Counted from the stretch's first letter, positions 28,624-38,408 are shown. The stretch is 64,000 bases of DNA from Dehalococcoidia bacterium (GCA_045562555.1 JBJKVO010000001.1:262089-326088); one strand, 5' to 3'. The notes: a model not told the origin generated them from the sequence alone. Program-made: numbers and translations.

Positions 28624-29694
28624 CTAAATTGGCTCTATAAATTTATCTAGTAATGTACGGGCTTGGTCATCGGTGAATTGTTTCGGAGGTGATTTCATGA
28701 AGTAGGCGCTAGCACTCTCTATAGGGCCTCCAATTCCTCTGTCTAACCCCAGTTTTGCGCATCTAATAGCATCTACTACGACACCTGCAGAATTTGGACT
28801 GTCCCATACTTCAAGCTTAACTTCTACGTTTACAGGCGCTTCACCGAATAGTTTACCTTCCATCCTGATGTAAGCCCATTTGCGATCATTCAACCAGGGG
28901 ACATGGTCACTAGGACCAATGTGAACCGTGTTAGGATCTACATCATTGTCCATTTGGGAAGTTACAGCGGAAGTTTTAGAAATCTTTTTTGAGACTAATC
29001 TTTCACGTTCTAGCATGTTTAGAAAATCTGTGTTACCACCAAAATTCAGCTGATAAGTGTTATCTACAGTAACGCCTCTATCTTCGAAAAGCCTAGTCAA
29101 AACCCTATGTAAGATGGTTGCACCTACTTGTGATTTGATATCATCTCCTACAATCGGAACACCAGTCTCTTTAAATTTGTTAATCCAATAAGGATTTTTC
29201 GCTATGAATACTGGTATACAATTAACCATCGCGCATTTTGCTTCTAATATTTGTTCTGTGTACCATTCTGTTGCAGATTGGCTGCCTACGGGCAGATAAT
29301 TGATTACTACATCTACCTGTTTATCTTTGAGCACTTGAGAAATGTTGGTTGTTTTTTGATTTGATGGTTCGACAAGATGCTCAGTATACTGTCCTATGCC
29401 ATCTAATACTTGACCCATTTGAACCTTCACGCCAGTATTGGGTACATCCGCAAACTTCATTGTGTTATTGGGTTCAGAGAAAATGGCCTCTGACAAGTCT
29501 TTGCCGACTTTATTTTTATCTACATCGAATGCGGCGACCACTTCTATATCTTCTATTTTATAGTCACCGATTTTATTGTGCATGATACCAGGGACTCTAG
29601 TATTATCAGGTGTTTCTGGATATTGATGAATCCCTTGGACTAGAGAAGAGGCGCAATTACCTACGCCAATGATAGCTACCTTTATTCTTCCCAA
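28624..29694 (-). CDS. ino1: myo-inositol-1-phosphate synthase
   Basis: [20 protein letters not shown]-terminal NAD motif and overall bacterial/archaeal MIPS-like sequence (356 aa). Confidence 0.9.
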   Translation of the reverse strand: MGRIKVAIIGVGNCASSLVQGIHQYPETPDNTRVPGIMHNKIGDYKIEDIEVVAAFDVDKNKVGKDLSEAIFSEPNNTMKFADVPNTGVKVQMGQVLDGIGQYTEHLVEPSNQKTTNISQVLKDKQVDVVINYLPVGSQSATEWYTEQILEAKCAMVNCIPVFIAKNPYWINKFKETGVPIVGDDIKSQVGATILHRVLTRLFEDRGVTVDNTYQLNFGGNTDFLNMLERERLVSKKISKTSAVTSQMDNDVDPNTVHIGPSDHVPWLNDRKWAYIRMEGKLFGEAPVNVEVKLEVWDSPNSAGVVVDAIRCAKLGLDRGIGGPIESASAYFMKSPPKQFTDDQARTLLDKFIEPI

Positions 29695-29762
29695 AATAGT
29701 CTCCTGTTTTTATTATGAGTAACGAATGTTATCAAATACGAATTTTTTAAACAACATTTCTA

Positions 29763-30431
29763 TTAGAAAAATCTTGCTATAATGCTTCTGTCGTCATTGC
29801 GAACCCTCCCTCGCATCGAAGCAGGGGTACCTCCTCGCTGAGTTCTTTCTGAGGAAGTGGTTTCTAAAATTTGAGATAATTCTTGAGTGCTTTCGCTGTC
29901 TAACATGAATTCTTTAATTTCATTTAATTCTAGGTTATCACTTATTCCATCTGACACTATTAATAACCTATCCCCTGCAGACACAGGGGAATCATAAGTT
30001 TGGAATGTTAATGAGTCTTTAGCACCTATCGCGGAGGATGAATTGAGTCTTAGTAACCCGCCTATTCTTCCTGAAAGCTGTGAGAATTCCCCCATTCTTA
30101 TGAGGTAGACAGGGCTGTCTCCTACTGCAATAACATACAAATGAGAGGAAGATGTGATTGCAATTGAAGCGGTAGTCAACAGGAACCTCCCTCCTCCTAC
30201 TTGATAGAATTCCGTATTAAGGTCATTGAGTAAATCCTGCATACTATTTGAGGTGATAGGATGGTCCGATTCTATTCGATCTCTGACCGCAGAGCTGGCT
30301 TCAGCTCCTCCATGGTCTGTAACTCCATCCATTACAGCGTCAATCGTTATGTTCTCATTAATTACTACGGTTAATAACGAGTCGTCGCCATGAACAGAAT
30401 TATTTTGGTGCGTTGTTACATGATTATTCAT
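29763..30431 (-). CDS. PP2C-family (PPM) Ser/Thr phosphatase, minimal cytoplasmic form
   Basis: MDGVTDHGGAEAS, VGDSPVYLI, VSDGISDNL, NDDRS motifs. I place the start at ATG 30431 with GGAG upstream. The track ORF extension to 30533 overlaps the upstream gene. Confidence 0.7.
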   Translation of the reverse strand: MNNHVTTHQNNSVHGDDSLLTVVINENITIDAVMDGVTDHGGAEASSAVRDRIESDHPITSNSMQDLLNDLNTEFYQVGGGRFLLTTASIAITSSSHLYVIAVGDSPVYLIRMGEFSQLSGRIGGLLRLNSSSAIGAKDSLTFQTYDSPVSAGDRLLIVSDGISDNLELNEIKEFMLDSESTQELSQILETTSSERTQRGGTPASMRGRVRNDDRSIIARFF

Positions 30432-30457
30432 TTTTGAATCTCCAGATATATAGTTGG

Positions 30458-31456
30458 TTATAAATCGTGATCGGGATCGAAGTCGTATTTGGACCAATGG
30501 TCGTGGTGTAAAAGCTTTCGCGCTGAATGCCAACTTTCTAGTATTTGAGGGTTTTCTTTGGCTAATTCTATTCGTCGTTCTGCCATTGCAAAATATTCCA
30601 TCATATCCTGATTGAATTCGAATACATTTCCATATTGGTTAGATTGTATTTTAGATAATATATTTATCATGATAGGGGCGTCCAAGCTGTTCATTTGTTC
30701 GAATTGAAGTTTAAGGGAGGTCAGTTCAGATTTCTGATCTGTGTAAGGTCGGTCACCTCTGGGAAGATAATAACCGGATTCTTCTATGGGAATATCTTCT
30801 GCTGCTATGAAATATCGGATTAGCTCCAAGAAAAAATCCTCCTTACATTTATTAGAAGTTTTAACGTCGTTATCTCCGCTTAGATTGTGTAAGTCTGCAG
30901 TGTCTATTACGTTTATCTCAGAAGTATTAGGTGAATAGAATATATTTTGAGGATTTAGGTCAAACAAAAGATAGCCTTGTTCGTAAAGGTTGTTCTGGAT
31001 TTCCATTATTTTAAGAGCTATCGCAAATTTGTTAACGATTCCCAGAGGGAAAATAGAAAACAGATTCTGTCCGAGCCCAGTGGGAACTTTTAAAATCCTT
31101 GCTCTCACGTCTGCATTCAAAGGAATACCAGGAGCCCGAGCCTGACACACTACAGTGTAATCGTGACTAAGGTCGTCACTATACAATTGAGTGCTTTCAG
31201 GAGTGTTGTTGAAATATCCAACAATTGTCGTGATGCCATCTATGTTGTTCCCGATTTCTTCATGGAATTTGAGCATCTTCTGTGTTCTGTGTTCCGTAGA
31301 TCTGTGTAAATTTTTTAAGATAGCATGAGGATTGGGGCGTTTTAAGACTAGGTTGGGCGGTTCCCCTATGGGGCCTGCTAATCTAACTTCGTAATCGGCG
31401 CCAGTCCCTACTACAGAATGAAGCTCAAAGTCTCTGAGATTTAAGTCATGCATCAT
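30458..31456 (-). CDS. atypical protein-kinase-like fold protein
   Basis: VVGTGADYEV (G-loop-like), LVLKRP (VAIK-like Lys), LLFDLNPQNIF (catalytic-loop-like D..N), VIDTAD (DFG-like Asp), then a ~130-aa helical C-terminal region. The start overlaps the prmA stop by 11 nt. Confidence 0.5.
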   Translation of the reverse strand: MMHDLNLRDFELHSVVGTGADYEVRLAGPIGEPPNLVLKRPNPHAILKNLHRSTEHRTQKMLKFHEEIGNNIDGITTIVGYFNNTPESTQLYSDDLSHDYTVVCQARAPGIPLNADVRARILKVPTGLGQNLFSIFPLGIVNKFAIALKIMEIQNNLYEQGYLLFDLNPQNIFYSPNTSEINVIDTADLHNLSGDNDVKTSNKCKEDFFLELIRYFIAAEDIPIEESGYYLPRGDRPYTDQKSELTSLKLQFEQMNSLDAPIMINILSKIQSNQYGNVFEFNQDMMEYFAMAERRIELAKENPQILESWHSARKLLHHDHWSKYDFDPDHDL

Positions 31457-32333
31457 TTACAACCTTAGTAATGGGTTTTCTGATTAAGAATGTTACCCAG
31501 TCGTCTTTCCAATATTGCTGTTCGATTAACCCCACCGTTTCGTAATGCTGGATTGTATCTGCAGCCTGATTATTAATTATCCCTGATAATATCAATGCGC
31601 CAGACGGCTTTATAATCTTCATGATTTCAAGGGATTTTTCGATTCCAATCCTAGCAGAAATATTAGCAACGACACAATCGTAGGTATCTTCATGGAATTG
31701 AGAGGATGGTAATGTCCCTGTTTGGAATTTTGTATTGTCGTTGACTCCACACATTTTAGCGTTTTGATTAGCTGCTTTGATACATAGCGGATCTATATCT
31801 AATCCAACTATTTGACCAGCTCCTAACTTTGATGCAGCGATAGATAATATCCCTGATCCGGTACCCAAATCAAGAACATTGTCGCCGGTGGCGATATGTG
31901 TTTGTAGTAATGCTAGGCAACTGTGGGTGGTCGGGTGGTATCCTGTGCCAAACGCAAACCCAGGGTCTATTTCAATAACCATTTCATGTGAGGCAGCAGT
32001 GTAATCCAGCCAAGAAGGTTTAATTACTATTTTGTCAGTGATGTGAAGTACTGAAAAATGCTCTTTCCATGCATTCCTCCAGTCCGTTTCGTTACTCAAC
32101 GGGGATATTTCCAAGTCTCCCATAGTAGCGATTGATTTAGCGAGATTTACCCCTATTTCAATTCTTGCCATCCGGGAATCAGATCCTGAAGGGAGGAAGG
32201 TTGTTATCTGTGCGTCATTCTTATTTAGAGATTGTATGCCAACTCCATGTCCATAGCGTTCGAATACATGCGATATAGGTTCTACAAACTCATGTGGTAC
32301 TGTGATGCTGATTTGATCCCATGCCATTATCAT
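31446..32333 (-). CDS. prmA: ribosomal protein L11 methyltransferase
   Basis: DPGFAFGTGYHPTTHSCL and VLDLGTGSGILSIAA. Confidence 0.85.
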   Translation of the reverse strand: MIMAWDQISITVPHEFVEPISHVFERYGHGVGIQSLNKNDAQITTFLPSGSDSRMARIEIGVNLAKSIATMGDLEISPLSNETDWRNAWKEHFSVLHITDKIVIKPSWLDYTAASHEMVIEIDPGFAFGTGYHPTTHSCLALLQTHIATGDNVLDLGTGSGILSIAASKLGAGQIVGLDIDPLCIKAANQNAKMCGVNDNTKFQTGTLPSSQFHEDTYDCVVANISARIGIEKSLEIMKIIKPSGALILSGIINNQAADTIQHYETVGLIEQQYWKDDWVTFLIRKPITKVVNDA

Positions 32334-32369
32334 GCCCTCTTAGTGTAAATAAGTACTATCCAGAAAATT

Positions 32370-33509
32370 TCAAGTTAGTACATCTTTAATTTTGTTAATA
32401 AGATTATTATCGTTAGATTTATTATCTGAGAGATTATCCGGTGATTCTCCCTTCAAACTTTTATTTAATTCTTCAAGAAGATCTCGCTGATATTTTGATA
32501 ATTTGACTGGTGTTTGTACGTCTGCTATCACTTTAATATCACCTCTGCCATTGCCTCTTAAATGAGGTACCCCTTTGTTTTTAACACTTAAAATATCTCC
32601 TGGTTGTGTCCCAGAGGGTATTTTTAAAGGATGGTCTTTCCCTTCTAAAGTGGGGATTAGAATTTCCGTACCAATAGCGGCTTCTGCCATGTTCAGTGTG
32701 AGTTCGTAAATCAGGTCGAATTTTCTTCTGATAAATATAGCGTGGTCTTCAACTATGGTCTCTACATATAAGTTTCCGGCTGGCCCACCATTTTTTCCAT
32801 GATTTCCCCATCCAGTTAACCGAACTTGCATTCCATTTTCTATTCCTTGAGGGATTTCAATGGATGTGCTCCTGTTGGCTCTATTAAGGCCTACTCCTGC
32901 GCATTCTTTGCATGGAGAGCTTACTATTTGACCAGTTGCTTCGCAGGAAGAGCACCCTACTACCTGAGTGAATTGTCCAAAGACACTCTGCTGACTACGT
33001 CTTACCTGCCCACTTCCATTGCACGAGGTACACTTGGTTGGAGATGTGCCAGGTTCTGCTCGGGTACCTTTGCAATTATCACATGATTCAATTCGTGTTA
33101 TTTGCAGAGTTTTTTCAATTCCAAACACTGCTTCTTCGAATGTTAAATTTATGGAGGTATAGATATCATCGCCTCTGGTAGCCTGATTCCCAGTTCGTCT
33201 GGAAGAACCTCCGAAAAATGAATCGAATATGTCTCCAAAGCCACCAAATGTTTCAAATCCTTCGAACGGAGAACCTGTATTACGACCACCATTTACCCCA
33301 GCATGCCCAAATTGATCATATTGTGCTCGTTTTTGGGAATCAGATAATACTTGGTAGGCCTCATTGATTTCCTTGAATTTTTCGGGCGCGTCGGCTGATT
33401 TGTTGCGATCGGGATGATAATCCATAGCCTTCCTACGAAAGGCTTTCCGGATATCTTCTTGGGAGTCACTTTTTGTGACACCAAGAACTTTGTAATAATC
33501 TTCAGGCAT
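32370..33509 (-). CDS. dnaJ: molecular chaperone DnaJ
   Basis: J domain DYYKVLGV...HPD, a G/F region, and four CxxCxGxG zinc-finger repeats. Confidence 0.95.
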   Translation of the reverse strand: MPEDYYKVLGVTKSDSQEDIRKAFRRKAMDYHPDRNKSADAPEKFKEINEAYQVLSDSQKRAQYDQFGHAGVNGGRNTGSPFEGFETFGGFGDIFDSFFGGSSRRTGNQATRGDDIYTSINLTFEEAVFGIEKTLQITRIESCDNCKGTRAEPGTSPTKCTSCNGSGQVRRSQQSVFGQFTQVVGCSSCEATGQIVSSPCKECAGVGLNRANRSTSIEIPQGIENGMQVRLTGWGNHGKNGGPAGNLYVETIVEDHAIFIRRKFDLIYELTLNMAEAAIGTEILIPTLEGKDHPLKIPSGTQPGDILSVKNKGVPHLRGNGRGDIKVIADVQTPVKLSKYQRDLLEELNKSLKGESPDNLSDNKSNDNNLINKIKDVLT

Positions 33510-33548
33510 TACTTCCTCTATGTGAGTTCACAGGTCAGTTTTGAGGTA

Positions 33549-33577
33549 ATTATAAATTAATGAACTATTTGGCTCAA
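33549..33577 (-). promoter_or_regulatory. candidate promoter of dnaJ
   Basis: On the minus strand: TTGAGC, 17 nt, TATAAT, about 40 nt upstream of the dnaJ ATG. Confidence 0.45.
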
Positions 33578-33609
33578 GGATAATTATATAAATGTTAGAT
33601 TATTTTAAC

Positions 33610-33638
33610 TTGACACTAATAAGGGCGTTAGTTAGGAT
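33610..33638 (+). promoter_or_regulatory. candidate promoter of rny
   Basis: TTGACA (33610-33615), 17 nt, TAGGAT (33633-33638). Confidence 0.4.
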
Positions 33639-33684
33639 TGAAATAGGAAAAGACAATATAATAGACGGAATAAGGAAGGGTATC

Positions 33685-35217
33685 GTGATCGAAACAATTC
33701 TATTTTCCGTTCTAGCACTAATTGGAATAGTCGGAACTGTTTTTTCACTTTGGTTAAGCCTGAAGTTGAGATCTGACAGGAAATTGGTAGGCAATGCAAA
33801 GCAATATTCTGCCAATCTCTTGAATCAAGCAGAAGAAGAAAAGCGCAAGCTGGTCCTTGAAGCTCAAGAGAATGCACTTAACATAAGAACCGAAAGTGAA
33901 AACGAAATCAAAGCACAGCGACAGGAATTAAATCGCTTAGAGAATCGAAATATTCTTAGGGAAGAGTCTCTTGAAAACAAGTCTGCAGAATTGCAGGGAA
34001 AGGAAGAAGAGCTTCTCTCAGAACGGGAACAGTTAGAGTCTTCTCAAAAAGAAATTGAAGTAGTCAGAGAAGAGGTACAATCTACCTTGGAAAATATTGC
34101 TTCATTATCCGCAGAAGAAGCTCGAACTCAGGTGGTTTCTAAAGCAGAAGATGACTTAAAGTACGATTTAGCTAGACGGAACGTACGCATAGAGAGAGAA
34201 TTTAAGGCGCAGGCTGACGAAGTAGCGCGCAATGTTTTAACATTAGCTATAAACCGATTGTCTACAGACGTGGTGTCTGAAGGTACAACATCTGTTGTCC
34301 ATCTCCCTAGTGATGATATGAAAGGCAGACTAATTGGTAGAGAAGGACGTAATATCAGAACGTTAGAATCCTTAACCGGGGTTGATGTGATGATTGATGA
34401 CACTCCTGGTTTAGTAACTGTGTCTTGTTTTGACCCAGTGCGAAGGGAAGTAGCTAAATTAGCCTTAGAGAAATTAATATCAGACGGTAGGATCCAGCCA
34501 TCTCGTATTGAAGAAACTGTCCAAAGAGCAACAGATGATATAGATCAAATCATCTGGAAAGCTGGTGAGCAGGCTATATTTGATACAGGGATAAGTGGAT
34601 TAGATCCAGAACTTATTAGACACTTAGGCAGACTCAAATACCGATTTAGCTACGGAGAGAATGTGCTAAAGCATTCTATAGAAGTAGGCTTAATGTCTGG
34701 CATCATGGCAGCAGAGATAGGAGCTAATGTAGACGAAGCTAAATTAGGTGGTTTATTGCATGACATTGGTAAAGCTTTGACCCATGAAGTGCAGGGACCA
34801 CATGCTGAAATAGGAGCAGAATTGGCAGAAAGAAACGGAGTTTCTTCTAAAATATGTATGTCTATTGCAGAGCATCATGATGATCATCATAATACCGATG
34901 AATCATTTTTGGTTTCTGCAGCAGATACATTAAGTGCTGCAAGACCAGGCGCACGGAAAGAATCTGTGGAGCTGTACGTACAAAGGCTTCAAGATCTTGA
35001 GACTGCTGCGACTAGTTTCGATGGCGTAGATAAAGCCTTCGCTATACAAGCCGGAAGAGAAGTCAGAGTATTGGTTAAACCTGATGATATAGATGATCTA
35101 ATGTCTTCGGATTTGGCTAGGAATATAGCCCAAAAAGTAGAGAAGGAATTGGTGTATCCCGGACAAATAAAAGTTACTGTGATACGTGAGACAAGAAGTA
35201 CGGAATACGCCCAGTAG
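33685..35217 (+). CDS. rny: ribonuclease Y
   Basis: N-terminal TM helix, coiled coil, KH domain (GREGRNIRTLE), HD domain (GLLHDIGK). I prefer GTG 33685 (RBS AAGGAAGGG) to the track start at 33592. Confidence 0.9.
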   Translation: MIETILFSVLALIGIVGTVFSLWLSLKLRSDRKLVGNAKQYSANLLNQAEEEKRKLVLEAQENALNIRTESENEIKAQRQELNRLENRNILREESLENKSAELQGKEEELLSEREQLESSQKEIEVVREEVQSTLENIASLSAEEARTQVVSKAEDDLKYDLARRNVRIEREFKAQADEVARNVLTLAINRLSTDVVSEGTTSVVHLPSDDMKGRLIGREGRNIRTLESLTGVDVMIDDTPGLVTVSCFDPVRREVAKLALEKLISDGRIQPSRIEETVQRATDDIDQIIWKAGEQAIFDTGISGLDPELIRHLGRLKYRFSYGENVLKHSIEVGLMSGIMAAEIGANVDEAKLGGLLHDIGKALTHEVQGPHAEIGAELAERNGVSSKICMSIAEHHDDHHNTDESFLVSAADTLSAARPGARKESVELYVQRLQDLETAATSFDGVDKAFAIQAGREVRVLVKPDDIDDLMSSDLARNIAQKVEKELVYPGQIKVTVIRETRSTEYAQ

Positions 35218-35251
35218 CGACTATGGTATCACCACGTAGTCAAGAAGTGAT

Positions 35252-36076
35252 ATGGGGTTAGCAGATTTACATCTTCACACAACCGAATCTGATGGGAGGT
35301 TGAGTGTAACAGCGTTAATCGATGTTGTTGCTTCAAGTGGAGCGAAAGTTTTCTCTATTACTGATCATGATACCACTAATGGATTGGATAAAGCTTTTGA
35401 TTATCTAAAGCTTTATCCAGAGCTTAAATTGGTTCCTGGGATTGAACTGAGTGCTGATATCGAGAACGATGAAATCCATATGTTGGGATATTTTATAGAC
35501 TATCATCAAATAGCTTTTCAAGATAAATTAAGTGCATTCAGAGACGGCCGAAAAATTAGAGCTAAAATGATGATTGAAAAATTATCCCACCTTGGTATGG
35601 ATATTACGTGGGATAGAGTGCAAGAAATAGCGGGAGAAGGAACAGTGGGGCGACCTCATATAGCTCTTGCTCTGGTAGAAGCAGGATACTTCAAAGTCCC
35701 TAAAGAAGCTTTTGCCAATCACTTGAATCGAACTGGACTCGCGTATGCGGAAGTTCCCAAAATATCCCCTCAAGAAGCAATACAGCTAATCAAATCGGTA
35801 GGAGGTGTTGCTGTATTAGCCCACCCGTATGAGATTGTTGATATGACTAAGTGGGTAAAAATACTAAAAGAAGATGGACTTGACGGAATTGAAGTGCATT
35901 ATGGTTCGTATGACTCGAATACAATTGAACATTTGTTGAGGATAAGTAAAGCGTATGACTTGATACCTGCAGGAGGTAGCGATTTTCACGGATTGGGTAA
36001 TCCTGGAGAAATATTGCCTGGTAGTGTAGGTACTCCACTAGAAACTTTTGAACGACTTGAACGTTTGGCTATTTGA
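35252..36076 (+). CDS. PHP-domain metal-dependent phosphoesterase (TrpH/YciV-like)
   Basis: DLHLHTTESDG N-terminus, ITDHDT, GGSDFHG. Confidence 0.8.
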   Translation: MGLADLHLHTTESDGRLSVTALIDVVASSGAKVFSITDHDTTNGLDKAFDYLKLYPELKLVPGIELSADIENDEIHMLGYFIDYHQIAFQDKLSAFRDGRKIRAKMMIEKLSHLGMDITWDRVQEIAGEGTVGRPHIALALVEAGYFKVPKEAFANHLNRTGLAYAEVPKISPQEAIQLIKSVGGVAVLAHPYEIVDMTKWVKILKEDGLDGIEVHYGSYDSNTIEHLLRISKAYDLIPAGGSDFHGLGNPGEILPGSVGTPLETFERLERLAI

Positions 36077-36080
36077 TTTA

Positions 36081-36737
36081 ATGGAAGTTTATGGATTCTA
36101 TTTGTTATTTGGTACTTTATTCTGGGTAATAGGCTCTATTCCTTCAGGATATTTGATTGTTCGTTTGATTGAAGGAAAGGATGTTTTTCTGGCGGGTAAT
36201 GGGAATCCTGGCCTGAATAATATATATGATAATTTCGGTGCACAGCTAACGGTGATGTTAGGTATTAGTGATCTAATTGTTAAAGTATTAATTCCAAGGT
36301 TTGTTTTGTTCGCAGCGTCCTCTTATCAAATTATTCCCCCAAATGATGAATGGGTTGTTTTGTATGGGATACTGTGCGTGCTGATTGGCAATGGATGGTC
36401 AATGTTTAGTAAATTTAAGGGAGGAAAAGGAGTTTATATACTCTTTACCTCCTTAATGTTTCTTAGCCCATCTAACTGGATCTGGGTTCTTTTAATTCCA
36501 TTGTTTTCTAAGATATTCAAAATTGATTCCGCTCCGATTACTCTGCTGGCTCTTGTTCCTTTACTAATGTTTTATTGGCGAGATAGTAACGCGTTGATTA
36601 TTAGTATAGGTTTGATCGGAGTTATTCTACTGAAACGAGTATTCAGTTCTAGTATTCAAACAACAACCAATAATAAACTTCTAGTGTTGTTGAATAGACT
36701 CTTGTATGATCGGGATTCTAGTCATAGGTCCTACTAG
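36081..36737 (+). CDS. PlsY-family (acyl-phosphate:glycerol-3-phosphate acyltransferase-like) membrane protein, divergent paralogue A
   Basis: GSIPSGYLIV...AGNGNPGLNNIY and GNGWSMFSKFKGGKGV align with the PlsY signature blocks. ATG 36081 is preferred over TTG 36048. Confidence 0.6.
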   Translation: MEVYGFYLLFGTLFWVIGSIPSGYLIVRLIEGKDVFLAGNGNPGLNNIYDNFGAQLTVMLGISDLIVKVLIPRFVLFAASSYQIIPPNDEWVVLYGILCVLIGNGWSMFSKFKGGKGVYILFTSLMFLSPSNWIWVLLIPLFSKIFKIDSAPITLLALVPLLMFYWRDSNALIISIGLIGVILLKRVFSSSIQTTTNNKLLVLLNRLLYDRDSSHRSY

Positions 36738-36740
36738 AGG

Positions 36741-37211
36741 ATGAACTGCTCCAGGCATCCTAACGCTTTAGCAAGCTTGAGTTGTAGTAAATGCATGAAT
36801 AGGATTTGTTCAAGGTGCGTAGGCGATGATTCCCTAGGGATAAAATGTATTGAATGCACAGTGATAAGTATAAATCCGTTGTACAAAGTGACAAAAATCT
36901 CATTATTGCTTGGAACTTTGACTTGCTTGGGTTGTGTTCCCGTTGTGATATTGATGTGGGCTTGGATCCTAAATTATTTTAATATCCTATTCGTGAATGC
37001 ATTAATCCCTGTAATAATTGGCTGGTTAGTGGCTGCGATGATATCTAAAATAATCAAAGGCAAACGATCTAAGTACATGTTTGTATTTGGATCGTTCACC
37101 ATTGTCGGAGGTTATGTAGGAGTGTTGTTGTTAGCCTGGAGCCTCATGAATGTGTGGGACTTTGTTGGCATAGGAGCGGCTATATACATCATGAGGCTCA
37201 AATTATTGTAG
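36741..37211 (+). CDS. membrane protein with N-terminal B-box-like zinc ribbon
   Basis: CSRHPNALASLSCSKCMNRICSRCVG...CIEC (Cys/His-rich) followed by 3-4 TM segments. Function unknown. Confidence 0.4.
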   Translation: MNCSRHPNALASLSCSKCMNRICSRCVGDDSLGIKCIECTVISINPLYKVTKISLLLGTLTCLGCVPVVILMWAWILNYFNILFVNALIPVIIGWLVAAMISKIIKGKRSKYMFVFGSFTIVGGYVGVLLLAWSLMNVWDFVGIGAAIYIMRLKLL

Positions 37212-37215
37212 TTAG

Positions 37216-38307
37216 CTATTCGTTGTTGGTTAGTAATTTAAGATCGTCTGCTAATTTGGTGACTTCGGCAGACTCTGATTGCGGTTGATCTGTCACATTT
37301 TGCTTAGTTCTCAAGAGGCCTTCAATTTCTTGCATTACTATAGGGTTGTCTTTTAAGAAACTTTTTGCTGCTTCTCGCCCTTGACCTAACTTGGTCTCTT
37401 GATATGAATAGAATGCGCCTGACTTTTTAATGAGTCCTTCTGTTACCCCTAGTTCTATCAAATCGCCTGTTTTACTGATTCCTGTACCAAACATGATGTC
37501 GAATTCTGCAACTTTAAACGGAGCAGCTACCTTGTTTTTGACGACTCTTGCTCGTACGCGATTTCCGATAATTTCGGAGCCTTGCTTGATGGATTCTGCT
37601 CTTCTTAGATCAATTCTAACTGAGCTATAGAACTTGAGAGCTCTGCCTCCAGGGGTTACTTCAGGACTGCCATAATAAACTCCGACTTTTTCTCGTAATT
37701 GGTTTATAAAAACTACTGCTGTGTTGGATTTATTGATGGAACTTGTTAACTTCCGCAATGCCTGAGACATGAGTCTCGCTTGGAGACCCACATGAGTATC
37801 CCCTATTTCACCGTCTATTTCTGCTTGTGGTACCAGTGCTGCAACGCTATCGATCACTAAGCTGTCTATAGCGCCACTTGTCACGAGTTGTTCAGTGATA
37901 TCTAGAGCCTGTTCCCCACTATCTGGTTGGGCTATTAGAAGGTCTTTTAAGTTCAGTCCACAGCGACCAGCATATGCTGGGTCAAAAGCATGTTCTGCAT
38001 CTATGTATGCAGCAACTCCGCCAGCTCTTTGGGTTTCCGCCATGAAATGCACTGCCAAGGTTGATTTCCCAGCTGATTCAGCGCCGTAAATTTCTGTAAC
38101 TCTCCCTCGCGGTAACCCTCCAACCCCTAAAGCAAGGTCTAGGGTTAATGACCCAGTTGGAATGGCATGAGTTTCTACCTTGTCCGCTTTATCTCCCAGG
38201 CGCATGATTGCGCCTTTTCCGTGGTCTTTTTCTATACTGGAGATCGCAATATCCAATGCCGAAGTTTTCTCTGAAGTTTTCTCTGAAGTTTCGTTTCCTC
38301 GTTGCAT
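37216..38307 (-). CDS. recA: recombinase RecA
   Basis: [11 protein letters not shown] Walker [20 protein letters not shown], and the rest of the canonical sequence. Confidence 0.97.
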   Translation of the reverse strand: MQRGNETSEKTSEKTSALDIAISSIEKDHGKGAIMRLGDKADKVETHAIPTGSLTLDLALGVGGLPRGRVTEIYGAESAGKSTLAVHFMAETQRAGGVAAYIDAEHAFDPAYAGRCGLNLKDLLIAQPDSGEQALDITEQLVTSGAIDSLVIDSVAALVPQAEIDGEIGDTHVGLQARLMSQALRKLTSSINKSNTAVVFINQLREKVGVYYGSPEVTPGGRALKFYSSVRIDLRRAESIKQGSEIIGNRVRARVVKNKVAAPFKVAEFDIMFGTGISKTGDLIELGVTEGLIKKSGAFYSYQETKLGQGREAAKSFLKDNPIVMQEIEGLLRTKQNVTDQPQSESAEVTKLADDLKLLTNNE

Positions 38308-38343
38308 TAAGTCCTCTCGTTTAATATGATTTACTTATAGAAT

Positions 38344-38357
38344 AGTACAGATGTTCT
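38344..38357. promoter_or_regulatory. SOS (LexA) box 1 upstream of recA
   Basis: AGTACAGATGTTCT, a variant of GAAC-N4-GTTC. It overlaps a candidate recA promoter on the minus strand (TTTACA-17-TATTCT). Confidence 0.55.
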
Positions 38358-38376
38358 AGTTTGTAAAGGGTTTATT

Positions 38377-38390
38377 AGAACGGATGTTTG
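38377..38390. promoter_or_regulatory. SOS (LexA) box 2 upstream of recA
   Basis: AGAACGGATGTTTG, the same AG(A/T)AC-N4-GTT(T/C) pattern as the box at lexA. Confidence 0.5.
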
Positions 38391-38408
38391 AGATTCAAAC
38401 TTGAATCG

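Noticed and set aside
29763-30533. N-terminal ORF extensions given by the track. They are 30432-30533 for the PP2C gene, 16000-16116 for folC, 33592-33684 for rny, 36048-36080 for the plsY-like gene, 54161-54205 for moeB, 48710-48730 for rbfA, and 57947-57988 for the thiolase.
   Set aside because: The extensions overlap upstream genes or RNA structures, lack an RBS and add unconserved residues. Internal starts with Shine-Dalgarno sequences fit the protein families better.
33510-33590. Searched the dnaJ and groEL (61863-61932) upstream regions for CIRCE (HrcA) and HAIR (HspR) operators.
   Set aside because: No match beyond short chance palindromes such as GTGAACTCAC.
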